DNA of 64,000 nt from Chlorokybus atmophyticus (taxonomy: Eukaryota; Plantae; Mesostigma and Chlorokybus algae). The stretch is from contig RHPI01001037.1 of assembly GCA_009103225.1 (NCBI GenBank), positions 1-64,000 on the forward strand, given 5' to 3'. Below the pieces are notes generated by a model. The model worked only from the letters and a program-made list of their open reading frames with translations. It ran no database searches and was not told the origin of the DNA. Made by a program: the position numbers and the translations under genes. The stretch's first letter is position 1. Each line of letters begins with the position of its first letter. Shown one piece after another: positions 35,533-49,424 of the stretch.

Positions 35533-37489
35533 AGTTGCGAAGCTTTCTCCAGAGTCGCCCTTTCTGCTTTCAACAAGTCTGCCATCCTGCTGCAGTTGTT
35601 CATAGACAACTGAGTTGGTTTTGCGTATATCTTACACATCTGGTCTGTTTACTTGTGGGGTCCAACAAAATAGAGGACGGCTGGCTTCGTCGTCTGTAGC
35701 CCAGTCCAAGTTTTATCTGAATACAATCTCAATGCATGCAAGATTGCAGCATGCAATCAGCATATCTGCTGCTTGTGCCTCTTGAAGTCGAACTTCCTCT
35801 GTTGCGGCAACTGATTGCGTGCTACCTGCAAGCGTGTCACTTTGGAGATGTGATTGGTACTGTTTGAGTACATGTGCTGGCATTCTTGCATCCGAACTAC
35901 TGCTGGAAAGCCTATGTACACCCAGTTGCTGTGTTGATGTTGGGTGCTAGCACTACACCCTCTACTTGCTGAAATAGCTTGAGCCTGAAAGGTGGTTTAC
36001 CAATCGTTGCTTTTAATCATGCATAACTGTTTCACAACCACTGGCTATCATTATCCCTATCGTCACTATTGCCATCCCCATGATGAAGCGAGCCAAGAGC
36101 ACGCAAGGACATCATTATTGCTATTGCTGTCGCGTGAATGCATAGCGATTCTGGGACGTACAATCGCATAGTCAAGTTTTTTTGTTTTTTTTGTTTTTTG
36201 TGCATAGTCATTTTGTGCATAGTCAAGTGGACCATGATGTGCAGCAGGGCAACAACCAATAGGCCCAATTGTGCATGGTCGACACATAAATGAACACTTG
36301 TGTACGCATTCACTGCATTGCACATAAGAGCATCAAGTTTAGTGGTGCCATTATAATGTAATTGTGCCTGCCAGTTTCCTTGCCTGTAGTTTGGTTGCCT
36401 TGTATGTAACATGAGTGTGCACAGTCTGCCTGTGAACTACGACTTATACCCTACATAATATGCACACCACTATATACATATGCGTGCAAGAGTTGCACGC
36501 ATATGGGTATATTCGTTACGCCTTTGCCTGTGATCTTGACCATACGCCGATACGATCATATACACATAGTGTGCATATTGCCTATCATATTTTCTGTGTG
36601 TGGTTTGTTGTGCATGTATGTCCAGCCTACATAGGTCAAGCCCTCATATCGTTATTTGTTGCCTTTGTGTGTGATAGAAATGTGCTTGCGTTTCTTGTGT
36701 AACTTACTATGACAAATGGCCCTCGGCCTTGAGACAATTCTACCATATGTATGCAAGCACACATCTTCACACCATTCGTTTTCGATACGTTGCGCACAAC
36801 GTGTGCAAAGCATTTTTGTGCATGCTAAAAATTGTGCTTCGAGATTGTGTAAAACATTGTTACGTACGCGCCGGCTGGTAGCCTTGCTATCATAGCTAAC
36901 AGCAGGGGCAAGTAGCAGCTTTTAGCGTGCTTTATGTCTATGGAACAAAGTATGTTACATGTGACGTGAAAGTTGCAATGTGTAATTTGCTTTAAGAAAG
37001 ATCTCTAAAGTATGTCATAGCAAAGGCTTTGCGAGAGGGAGAGAGAAAGAAAAAGCATAATGCATGGTTGTTTAAATATGTATGGATAACAGTGCACATT
37101 CCATACTCTTTCAATTGACATTCTCAGACACTCTACGCCAACACTGTACACTTGTGATTTGTCACTCGTTTTTTCTTGTAGACAATCACAATATGTGGGA
37201 TTGTTACCTAAATTGTGCATTAATTTGCTACTATGTCCATCGTGGCTTCTCAAGTTGCGCTACACATCAATGCACTAAGATAAGCATCGTTTAATAATTG
37301 CATTTTATAAGCTTATCAAGTATTCTCGTATTGCTTGTAAACAAGGGCGAATTTATGGCAGATACAATAGCAATTTTGATCGCAAAAAACTGCACCCGCA
37401 TTATGACTGAATGAGGTACCTTGCGGACGATAATTAAGTCAATACAGTAATGGTCGTTTGTTTATAAAACAAAAAGAACGCGCTAAGAT

Positions 37490-37887
37490 ACCTGTCAGCA
37501 AAATGTGTTTGAGGTGAAGATAGATACTGAGAAGTACGACGCTTTGACAACCAAATACCGCGTTGCAGCTTTGCCCACACTAGTGCTGTTCGTCCGAGGC
37601 AAACCCATTGATCGAATAGTAAGTTTTGCCGCTTTACTCAATCAAAGCCTACACATCTGATGCTGTATGGCAGCACCTTGCCCGTGCCAATGGAACATGT
37701 GTTCAAAGTTGGCATCAGTTGCTAGTGCTCCACTTGTTGGGCCGTACATTCAGTAGTGCCTACAGCTCAAGCTCCCAGCTGACTGCTCTGTGCACTGCAG
37801 GAAGGCGTCCTGCCGGCTGATGCATTGATTGAGCGCATAGAGTCTGTGCTCTCGCAGGGAGCAACCGTATTACGCCAAAGTGAATGA
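37490..37887 (+). pseudogene. C-terminal half of a thioredoxin (Trx y-like); active-site exon not found
   Basis: Two exons joined by a GT-AG intron (37619-37800): EVKIDTEKYDALTTKYRVAALPTLVLFVRGKPIDRI|EGVLPADALIERIES; in-frame stop shortly upstream and no WCGPC seen nearby. Confidence 0.6.
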
Positions 37888-38862
37888 ATGTTTTCTTTAT
37901 TTTTTTTATGGTTTGTTATGCAATGGTAATTGCTAGTCAATTGAATTATGTGTCATAATGATAATCACATCATACGAGAGCCGAAATTGAATGTGCATAC
38001 TATGTCTCGATGTGAATACTGCAGATGTGTTGAGCAGCCAGGGATCTTCACACTTATCGCATAATAGTAAGTGAAATTGTTCAATTCAAGTTGATGTAAA
38101 CTGACTTACAATTCTTTGATGCCAACAAACAATTATAGTTCATGCATACGAGTCTATACGTCCAGGGGGTGTATGATCTCAACAAGTATTGCGCAAAGCT
38201 ATTAACCGCGATTCGGCCACAAAATGGCTTATATGAAGTAAATCACGCAAGTATACATGCATAACGATACCCTTATAACATATTAACATATCGATTAATA
38301 CATAATCGTTAATGGTAGCAACAAATATAGACTCAATTTTCAGCTACCGGTATGCTACAATGCAAGCGTTATTGTCGAACGCCGTTGCGTTCAGGCATGT
38401 TGATTGTTTGCACACCGATTGAAAAAGCACTCGACTTGTCACTCATAAAATGTGAAGCTGCTCATGAACGATAAGGTGTTTATTGGAACAGGCCACCTGG
38501 CGCTTCCAAGGTCGTCGGATACTTGTGGTGAAGATCGATTGAACCTCGCCACTTCGCAGGCAAGATGCGGCATCTCATCGATCACGGCTGCCCTGCCGCG
38601 CCACCCTGCCGTCCAACGCAACGCGCAACACTGTTGCAACCATTGTTATTGTTATTTCGCAATATTCTTCGAGTCAGTGTCAGCGACGCTGGCGGTGGCG
38701 GCGGCGGCGGTGTGGTCTGCCTGGCTGTAGACATCCCGTTCGTATCTGCATGCAGAGCGCCGGCGTGCACGATCCCCCTTGGAGTTTCCGTCGGCGGTGG
38801 GGAGAGTGCAGCAGCGGACCTGCAGGAGGAAGAAGAAGCAGAGCAGGGGCAGGTGGGGAGGT

Positions 38863-40013
38863 ATGCCAGCGCTGGTGGTGAGAGAGTCAAAGACGCAGGC
38901 GTGGGTGAGGCGGCGGCGACTGTGGTGGGAGCATCAGCGGACGCAGGTAGCTGCGGACGAGTCGGCGCTACTGCCGTGGTGGGAGCGGGAGCAGTGCGCG
39001 TCCCTTCCAGGCGGCCGTCCCTGGCAGCCGTACTACCCCCGCCTCGCCTCGCACACAGGTCTCAGAGCCTTTCTGTGCCGACTCTTTCCCCGCTACGGCC
39101 GGTCAGTCTCGCTGCCGGCACGTGTATGCTACCAATCTGTGACTTGCATGTGGTCACTACAACGTTACTGACTGTTCAGTGTTATGCACTTCTGAAGGAG
39201 CAGGACATGACCTTGCTTGCTGACTCAAGAGTAATTCATGCTTTCGGACAGTGTGTTTTCGGTTCATCGCAGGGAACCTCACTTGTGTATTGGCCGTGTT
39301 GTTACAAGCACTCATCAGGCTTACATGCAGGTACTGTGGGCCAAACTGGTCAAGTGGGCAGAGTGGGGATGGTGTATGGAAGCTGCCGCCAGTGTCATGG
39401 GTAGACCACTGCTGCTACATCCATGATGCTGGCTACGACACCCACGTCCAGCACGCCCTCCTCCAGGTGCGCATGTATTATAACAACAACAACACTTCAC
39501 ACCTCGCTGCTCCTCGTCGCACCCTCCACCTCCACTGCCACTAGCGTGCATTAAGGGAGTTACCTGACAACGACCATGTGCCTGTGTGCTTGCGCATCCT
39601 TCACAGGCGGATCTGCTATTTCTTTCTTTACTTAAGCGCAGACCCTTGCGGCGAGATGGCAAACCCTGCAGAGAAACTGTTTGGGGAGAAGCGTATCGGT
39701 TGTTCTGCATTGCAGGTAGTTTCTAGCCAAGGCTACTGTGTGTGTGTGTGCGTGGGCGTGTGCATATTTTTGTGTGCTGGCCGTTGTATACCTGTGTGTG
39801 TGTCTGCACGCGTGTGTGACATGATTTCCATGCGATGTTGCAGGTTTGACGGTGGTTCTGGTGCCCTACCGGCGGTTTGTGCTGGCGCAGCAGGCGCGCA
39901 AAACGCCAGCATTCCGCTTGCACGATCTCAAGCTTCTGCCGGATATCCGCAAGCCGGATCTGAGCCTGGCCTGGACCAGAGACTCTACTGCAGCGGACCA
40001 GCAGAAGCATTAG
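38863..40013 (+). CDS. Phospholipase A2-family protein (At4g29070 type), 4 exons; start uncertain
   Basis: HTGLRAFLCRLFPRYGR|YCGPNWSSG...WVDHCCYIHDAGYDTH|ADLLFL...AYRLFCIA|GLTVVLVPYRR. Confidence 0.85.
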
Positions 40014-41283
40014 GTTTGCTGAGTAAAGGCCTACACAGCCATGTCTTGTACCATATTTCTACATACCAACACTGCAGCAGCTGCGGTGCTGTAGAGACAT
40101 ATCCCCACTTCAGCTATGCTGGCGCAGCCGCATTGCAGTGCGTGCTTGGTCTGTCATTTTCCCCCTTGTATATACTTTAGGTTGAAGTCGTGAATATTTT
40201 ATTCTCACATGTACAGTCGAGGCCTTGTAGTGAATATCTCTTGTGCAAAGCTGAGAAAAGCGGCGAGCTTTTGCCTGGTGCAAACTCTGTGCGGCGTGTG
40301 TACACGACTCATATGTGCATGTGTGCAAGGACACGCGTAACGTATTCTGACCGAGTGTGCATGCCAACACAGGCAGCGTCAGTACCATGGCTTAGGGACA
40401 GGTGCGTGCATGCGTGCGAGGGCTAAGCGCATGCCCTCGCACGCATGCGCTTAGGCGCATGTGCATATGAAGTGAAGATTGTTTGCAAATGCTCCACACT
40501 GCGGCAAGAGCTTGCTGATACTGCGTCTGCTTTGTTCAGTTCATGTCATTGGAGGCTAAACACGCCCCAGCCAGGGTGAGAAAAGTAAGAGTCAGTACAT
40601 GTCATTGGAGGTTGAACATGCCCCAGCCAGGATGAGAAAGGTACGAGTCATGTAGGCCAGGTTATGTGTGATCAGGCATGCTCGCAAGAACGGACACACA
40701 ACAGAACCTTTCAGCTAGCTTATGCACGCCCGGCCTGTGTGCACCCGCGCATGCTGTGTGCGGTGGCCCAATAGTTGGACCATGCAGGAGCATGCGTCAT
40801 AACGCATGTCGTGCAGCACACGTTGGGTATGAGCACACAGCCCTCTTGCATTCTTTATACACTGTTACGCACAGGCAGTACAACACTCACATCATTCCAC
40901 ACAACAATTTACTGGGCTGTGCGCTGCTGTCCACACATGCACAGGTGCACCGCATGTCCCAACCCAGTTAGTTAGTCGCAAGTATGCCGCGCTGCACGCG
41001 CGTGCATGTGCTTGGCATGCCGCGCGGCACAGCATTGGCATTGCCAGTTCCGGCTAAGCTGTGCTGTGCAAGTTGGTCGCATGCTAACTTCGTGTGATCG
41101 CTTCACCAGGCTCGTGCTTGTGTCTCCCTCCCCCCTGCCTGATGTTGCTGCTGCTTGCCAGCGTTAAGCAGCTGTGCACACTGGACAAGCAGAGGAGACC
41201 GGCGGTGTAGGTGGAGGCGGAGGCGGAGGTCAGCTGGGGGATCGCCGCCTCCTCCACGTCCTCCTCTTGCTAAGCAGCAGTGG

Positions 41284-44034
41284 ATGGCGGCAGCATTGCT
41301 GCTCAGGCGGCAGCGAGTCGTGAGCAGCAGGTCCGTCAGCAAGGCGGCGGCAGGGCTGGGAGGCGCGGGGAGCTGGAGCTCTTGCCTCGCAGCAGTGGGA
41401 TCGCCACAGCAAGCAAGGTACGCTGTGCCTGGCAAGCGCTTACCACCGTAGTCAAGCCGTAGCTTACAAGATATGTTGCATGCAATAGTCAAGCATGTAG
41501 GTTACATACGCCGTCCATCATCCGAAGTACCTTGTGTTTTCTCCTCACCTTTGCACACTCGTGTCAGTGAGTATGGTCGCATGGCACCGAGTGCGTGTAA
41601 AGCATTCTGTGCTGCTTCTGGCCTACAACAGCGCCAAGCCAATGTGCAAGCAGCTATTACAGCTCTGCGTGTATGCATGAGTGATTGATTGGTGACGGTC
41701 TGCTAAGCTGCTATCACAGCTGATAACCGAAGCACAATTACTGTCGTGCTGGCAGCGGTGAGTGCTTTGTGTCCATCATGATAGTCATGGTTGCTGTTGT
41801 GCACATGGCAAGTCTGATGGTCACAGCCTGCTGCTCATCTTCTGCAACACAATCTCTGGCACTGTCTATCATCATGGTAGGTTCGGTATCGCCTTTGACA
41901 TCGATGGCGTGCTGCTACGAGGAGATGCGACGCCCATTCCCGGCGCGAAGCAAGCACTAAGACAGCTGTACAGCAACGACGCACAGCTTGCTGTGCCCTT
42001 TGCATTGCTCACCAACGGTACACGCTGTTGTTTGAGCAATGCGCAGCTCAGCTGCTTGCCTGACATTGGTCCTGTAGCTGAACCTTGCACGCTTGGTACC
42101 AGGTGGTGGTGTGCCGGAAGCCAAACGTGCAGCAGTGCTAACAGAATTGCTTGAAGTCCCCTTGCGCGCTGAGCAGGTTCAAACTGTCACACACGCGTAC
42201 ACGCATACATGCGCGCTCACTTGAAAGTAGTAGATTGGCGTGTGTACTATGCACATACATTGCAGTTGCAATATATGTGCATAGTACCCATCAAGCTCAA
42301 AGTAGGGAGTCTAAATAGTAACTTCTTTGCCTCTCAGGTCATTCTTGGGCACACCCCGTTTCGTGAAGTTGCGGACAGGTATGCACCCACAGTGTTCTGT
42401 GTTCAACGCTCATCAGTTGCAGCACCACAGGATTGGATGCGCGTTACAAAACAGACAGCATGACAGCGTCTCATGGTGCTATTCATGCCAACCGCCAGCA
42501 TGCTGCCACTGACAGCGTTCGACAGGTTTGCGCAGCAGCACGTCCTGGCGGTGGGGAAGCACGAGCCGAAGGCTGTATTGGCTTCGTATGGCTTTCGGTG
42601 AGAGGTGCTTGATTGCTATAGCAGTACTAGTGCGGCACTCCAGAGTTTTATTATCTGGCCATATGCATTGTTCATTGTAGTGATGTAACGTTGAGGGTTG
42701 AGCACTGATGGTGCAAGCCACCCAATTGTTTGTTTCAAATGCTGGTTGGGCAAAATTTGCAGAAGCATGCAGACGCTTAGATTGCTTGTCACCGATCAGT
42801 CTGATGCCAGTTGTTAACGCTGCCTTGGCACAGTTGTTGTTGTACAGCTCACGTTAGTTCCGAGAATGCAGTGGCAAAGTGACCTGTCTACTGTGCAGGA
42901 GTGTAGACACGAGTGAAGCCTATCACGCGAGGCATCCCACCTTGTGGCCGCATTCCAAGCCAGCAGCCGCGCTGCACAATGCAGAGGCGGTTGACAAAGA
43001 TGCTCCATTCAAAGCGGTGTTTGTCCTCAGCGATCCGACCGATTGGGGCAGAGACTTGCAGGTGTGACAATTGATCGCACGCACAGGTGAACGCCATTGT
43101 ACATTGTTGCTCTGCAGTGTTACAGATAGTACTGTGATACATTTGTTTATGAAGTCAGGTTGTGCTGTCTGTGCACAGATCGTGTTGGATGTTCTGCTGA
43201 GCAACGGGCGTCCGGGTGGGACCAGAGCATATGACGGGCGTCAACATGTTCCTGTGTTTTTTGCGGCAGACGATCTTGAGTTTCAGGTTTGTGATGCATA
43301 AGTTGAAACGGGCCGATTTGGGTCCTATTGAGTAACCAGCAACACTGGTGCACTGTGTTGTGACCATGAGCAATGCGCAGGCAGCATTTGCGACCCCACG
43401 GTTAGGGTTGGGTGCTTTTCACCTGTTGGTAGACTCTGTGCACAAAAGGTGAGTTGAAAGTGTGACAGCACTAGTCTTTTCGTGACAGACGGACATGCAG
43501 TACTGCATTGCTGTCCGATGAACTGTTTGATGCCAAGTGTTTGCTGCTTCTGTACTGATAGTGTCAGTGCTATTGGTGTGTATAGGTACACAGGAAGGCA
43601 TCTTCAGGCTACAATCTATGGCAAGCCTCGTCAAGTGGCATTCGATTATGCGCGTTCAGCATTAAACTCCCTCTCACACGGGCCGCTCCAGAGGTACTAC
43701 ATGATTGGTGACAACCCCTTGACGGACATTCGTGGTGCCAATCAGGCAAGTGAATTGCTACTATCCATTCTCATGCGCTGCATGCATGATACTTCAACAG
43801 CTTGTAATGCTTGCAGGCTGGTGCTGAGTGGACCTCTATACTTGTGCGCACCGGATGCTTCAGAGGCGCACACAACGACAAAACGAACCCGGCCAAGCAG
43901 GTCCGCGGGCTATTGCTGAGTTAAACATATAAGCTGGGGGTTGATTGAAGCTGATGGAGCGTCTTGTTTTGTGTCAGGTGGTTGCAGACGTGCAAGAAGC
44001 TGTCAGGTGGATATTGAGGAAAGAACTACATTAG
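41284..44034 (+). CDS. HAD-superfamily IIA hydrolase, CECR5/HDHD5 type, with transit peptide-like first exon
   Basis: FGIAFDIDGVLLRG; LLTNGGG; VILGHTPF; SDPTDWGRDLQ; PRLGLGAF; YGKP; YMIGDNPLTDIRGANQ; SILVRTG. Confidence 0.92.
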
Positions 44035-46129
44035 TGCCATTTGCTGTTGTGACATTGCACTTGACTCAAAACATCGAGAGCCTCTCCAGTGTGCAGCTCA
44101 ATGCCAAGTATTGCCATGCCTCGAGGCCACACTGACCGGTCTGATGCTCGGGTTCTGTACCAAAGGATTTAATCAATAGTAGCTGCAACGCCAATTTGTA
44201 TGATGCTAACAACAGCTGTGTTTGCGCTGTGGTTGCAATACCCCACAATGCGGTACGCATCATACATGGCTCTCAATTACAACCCGGCTCATCCACTTAT
44301 GCACTAGAGGTGATAAACCAGTTTCTGCGTCGCACCATCAATCGACTTGTACGAATGAACATTTATGCGCAAGGGCCATGCTTAATAGGCGATGCATCAA
44401 CTTCGGGTAATAAACGCGTTCGTAAGACGCTCGGATTGCGTCAAGGCTAAATGTACCTTGTGACAAGCGGCATGTACGTACTTTTGCTAACAAAAGTGCA
44501 AATAACAGGTAACAAATCTCCATGCATGCCACCTTTTGCAATTGTACATAGCATACAACTCATACTTTATCATGAATCAACGAACTACAATACGCTTGCC
44601 TGCTTTAAAACTCATGTGCAACTCGCATGCATGGCGGTAACTTGGTGCGTACGTCATGGTATCTTTGCATACCAAGCATTTATCCAATAGCTGTGCCACA
44701 CATGCGCAACGATGCTGATGCATTTGCACACCCAAATCAATTCAGCAAACAAGCAATGAAATATACAATTATATATACCCAAGGGCAAACCAAGGAATCA
44801 AATCAAAGCAAAGTAAATGCAACCGCTGCGGCAGCATGGCAGCGTTGACTGACTAACCACGACGACGACAACGACACGGCATCAGGACATGTGTTGACAT
44901 CATCGAATGGGCTACCTACATGGCAGCCGAGCATAATACTGGTGCTAGCCGAGTGTGTGGTGAAGCCAAGATTACGCGCACACTTAAACACGGTTACAAG
45001 CCAACAAGCAGGCCGCCTGCTTTCCTTGGGCCAAGAAAATCGATCGAGGCAAGGGCAACAACCAATGCCTATGTGCATTACTTGTGTGTATGGAATGGGC
45101 GGAGGGGCGGGCAGGCAAGCAGGCATGCAAGGAACAGCCAAGCCTAATATGCCTGCTCAAGTCTGCGCAGATTAAAGCAAGTAGGCGCGTACATAATACA
45201 CGAGACACACACGACAACAGCATGCACCTTTTATACACTTGTCTCTACCGTATGTGTACCGTATGCGCGTAATTCCCCTTGATACGCTTTGCATGATTGC
45301 AATATTAGTGATGCATGCCAAGTGCGCGCGTTCACGAGCACACACAATAGCAGATACTCAGTTTAACACTACACTAGCCATGTGCATGTAGAGGGGTAGC
45401 AGGCATACAGCAGCGTAGAGTATGCAACATGGCAAACCAACAGAATTGCAGCAATAAAGCTTATGATAGGCTTGTCAAATGATGTAGCATTTACTCAGTT
45501 ATAATCATGTTGTATGACAACCATTATATCAAGGTGAACGATCTGGTGTTGTGTACACGGTTTTTAAGGTGCTTTAGGCATATTAAGTCAACATGCAAGA
45601 TAAGTTGTTTATGAGCAAGTTGCATGACACACTTCTTTGTCTTTTGTATACCATGGCGTTAAGTTGGCGGTAAGAGACCCTCTCAGCAGCCAAGTCAACT
45701 GCCGGTAGGCCAGCCTGAGACTTACATGACGAGAGTACCAGGTAGCACAGGCCTTGATGACATCAAGTGATGTGCTGCGTACTGGTAGTCTACCAGTGGT
45801 ACCAGTGGTAGATGGCGGTAGATACTAAGGTACATTGGCGCGGCGCACAAGCAGTGCGCTGTGTCAGAGCCTAGGCCAAGCTGGCCGCCTGTGATTGGCC
45901 AAAGTAATCGCAACAATCCGGCTGCGCCGCCGCTGATTCGTCCAAGGACAGACTCGAAGTACGCACAGAATACGCCGCTTTCTGCTTGCGATACGCTCTT
46001 CCAGGGCCGCCGTATCGCGCATTGTGCACAGCGACGGCGGCGGGGTAAAGCTGGGCATAGCTGCGGGTGGCGTTGTTGTTGGCGGTGACGAGGGAAGCAC
46101 AGGACACGTGTGCTTGTTGGGTGGAAGAG

Positions 46130-48384
46130 ATGGCTTCTTCTACTTTGGCTGGCGCGGCGTTGGCCGGGAGTCAATGCGCCTCAACGCCTGGTTTGCAGAC
46201 AGCCAGCACAGCGCAGCGTCGCTCCACCGCCGCAGTCAGGGGCAGCTTCAGCGGGGCTGAGCAGAGCAAAACAGCGGTTCTAAGGACGGCAAGAAGCAGT
46301 AAAGCTGCTACGCTATCTGCGGCCACACCCTCACGCACTGCTGTCGTTGCTGCTGCTGCTGCTGCTGCTGCCGTCAACGTCGCCGTCGTGGAGAAGTCTC
46401 TGGACCAGGAGGCGGCTGCGGTCGCGTCCAACATCCCGGGATGGCATAACGCCAAGGCAAGAGATTGCACGACTGCGTGTCCAGGCAGGCTAATATCGTA
46501 CAGTAACATATTGCAGTTGATCGACTGCATTGCAACCAAACATTGTGGAACCAGGCTGTCAACTAAGCATACCACTGGGTCAATACAAGTTGTCGTTGCA
46601 CGTCATCATATACTGCACACAAGCAACTTTTGGTTTTGGATCTACTAGCTATTTGGCGCGAGGCTTGGAAGTCTTGCGGCGTTGTCATGGCTGTGCTGTA
46701 TGTGTCAACATGCTACTTTTCAAGCGACTCCGTTCGTCACCTTTGTAACCTTTCTACGTAGGTGCTCCGCGTGGAGGAGGCTTCGGCGGCTGGCGTGCGC
46801 AATGTTGTTCTGGAGGTCGAGACCAGCAGGGAGCTGGTGGCGCTGGAGGACGCTTATACCTGCCCTGGCCAGACAGCCTCGGTCAAGGTCGGTCCATTTA
46901 TCTGGTCTGGTGGAACAGCAAGCTTGGTCGGATCAGTGCCTCAGCATGCAATGCAGCACCGGCTGCTCTTAACTAAGTCGAGAGCCTTTGCCCATCGGGG
47001 TCATGCATGATCCTTGCACTGTACATGTAGCAAGGTTTGCTCGGGCTCAGCTTTGGCGTCGAGTATCAGTTACCAGCTGCTGCAAGCCTGTGCAGCCTTA
47101 ACCAGCACTCTCACTGCTGTGAATACACAGCTACTCACTTGATGCACTGTAAGTACTACAATGACACCAGTGATAATCACAGTCACACTTCGAATGCCTG
47201 ACATTGGGCCAGCTGGCTAGTGCACTGACAACATGCTGTCTTCTACAGTTAAGCAGCGATGATGCAGAGATTCCAGCGCTGGTGGCTAGCGCCCCCTTTC
47301 CTCACGAGATCAACAAGTCTGTGTTGTACAAGCTGCGAGGCGACATCCCTGCTGGCACCACCAAGCTGGCACAGTACACGCTCTCAGCACGCTCGGAGCT
47401 GCACCTGTATGTGCAGGAAGACCAGCCGCAATTGTACAGTCTTCGCGAAGGTATTGGCGCGGCGCTGTACTGTCATCATCCAAGCAGTCGATTCTGCATT
47501 AGAGCTGTTGTAATTGCATGGCTTCATGGTGCACAACTCGTTGACACTGTTGTTTGCGAGGCTGCTTGCTGCAATCTTAGCATGCATTCAGCATTGCGGA
47601 AGGTTTTGCCTGCTGACTGATTTGGATTTGCAGGTGATGAGATTTTCACGGGCCCATTCAAGGGTGACGCAATGTCGCTCAAGCCTGTGTATTTCCTGGC
47701 GCGCAACAAGACAATTCTTATATTTGCACGCGGTTCTGGCATTGCGACGGCACGCGCGGTGCTGGAGGCAACTAGTGTGGGTGGTCTCCAGCTGCATCTG
47801 AGGAACGACACAAGACTCTACTACTCTTCCGCTGCACCAGATCAAGTGGCTTATCAGGTACTGCACTCCATGCGCTACAGTTTGCAAAGCGGATGATCAC
47901 ATGATGACATCCATGCGTGTACTGCACTTGTTCGCATGCATAGCATCAGCCGTAATGCACGCGGCGCTGTCCGCATCTGTATATCTAGCACACAACAGCC
48001 TCAAAAGGTTCCATATATATATATATATTGTCAGATAGTCATCTTGGTGGCCAGCGGCATGTTACAACAGTGCGGCAGTCGTTGCAGTCATCAAGGTTTT
48101 TCAACCATGAGTGATGGGCATGCTGAGACTTGTTGCGCTTGCAGGACCGCTTTGGAGATTGGGAGTCGAGGAAGTGTGTTGTGCGCGCAACTGTGGATGA
48201 TGCGGCTGGTTCTTCATGGAGCGGTAGTGTAGGTAGCCTGGCGGATCTTTTTGATGCAGATGATGTTGAGTACGACCCCGATACCACGAGTGCCATTGTC
48301 TGCGGAGAGGAGGCCATCAATGCTGGCGTGTTGGACTTGTTGCAGCAAGCCGGCATTCCGGAGGAGAAGATAGTTAGGTTGTAA
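46130..48384 (+). CDS. Plastid FAD/NAD(P)-binding FNR-like oxidoreductase (pKIWI502/At1g15140 type), 5 exons
   Basis: Ala/Ser-rich transit peptide; AYTCPGQ; ASAP; GPFKGDAM; LIFARGSGIATARAVLE; RLYY; DPDTTSAIVCG; GIPEEKI. Confidence 0.82.
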
Positions 48385-49424
48385 GAGGAGTTGCGAGGGA
48401 GGGAGTTGCGAGGGAGGGTCTGCACAGGGTAGCATGAGCGCGCGCGAGAAGGGCCTGCAACATCCAGCCGTGTTGCAGGTGTTGTCTGTACAGGGAAAAG
48501 TGGCACATGCAAGCAAGCGGGTGTTGCCGTTCAAAAGTGCCCTAGGATATATGTTTTATGCGATGTTTTGTGGGATAGTGTACTGAGACGCTGCGAGGTG
48601 TGTTGTTTATCAAATGCAATGTTGGGGTGGTTGCGCACTAGTCCTGACTCTCGTGCACTGAGCATAGTTGATTGCAGCCTCCGTCAGGCACATATATTCC
48701 ATCTCATTGCCACGCATGCCTGCGCACCATTGAAATTGAAGATAATTGTGCCACTGCATTGTGGTTCTCGGAAAAGCTAACATCCAAGGTCTACAATGCC
48801 GCCACACAGGATACACCAGGCAAACCGCTGTCTTCACCATGTTCTACCATTGGCTGCTACCACTGTAACTACAAAACCACACCTCAGCAAAGCCCTGCGC
48901 TAACAAGCTGGTTTGCAACAAAGGACAGTGCTGTTCTAAGCCCTGAATTTATGTGTGGCAGGCGCAGTGCCAAAGAGGCCGACTCATGGCTCGCGAATCA
49001 GCGCATGAGTAGGAATACAGTCAAGGCGAAGTTTGTGGTAGAAGCGTGGCAATAGCTGCCGCATCTCACATAACTGATCTGCTGTCAGCGCCGCAGCTCA
49101 AAAGACTCATCCAGGAACACCAGGTATGCAAGATAAGTATTGTAATGGGATGCATTGGAGGCTCATGCCGAAGATCACAACCAAAGGAGGCACAGTTATA
49201 ATCATTAACGTACAACAGTTGGCTATTAGTGAGTGACTGCTTGTTGGCCGGTGTAGCCACACATCTGCACAGTGCACAGCCCTACACGCCATGTCACGTT
49301 CAGCTGACATGTCAAAGCAGCACAGCCATACTACACACGCCCTTGCCCAGTGCAACCCGCATGGTATTGACTGCCGTGAACCAGGACCTACTGAATCAGT
49401 CTAGACATCAGCATTTGCGCCTTG

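Noticed and set aside
38565-39404. 279-aa ORF from the track
   Set aside because: Wrong frame relative to the PLA2 motifs and runs through introns.
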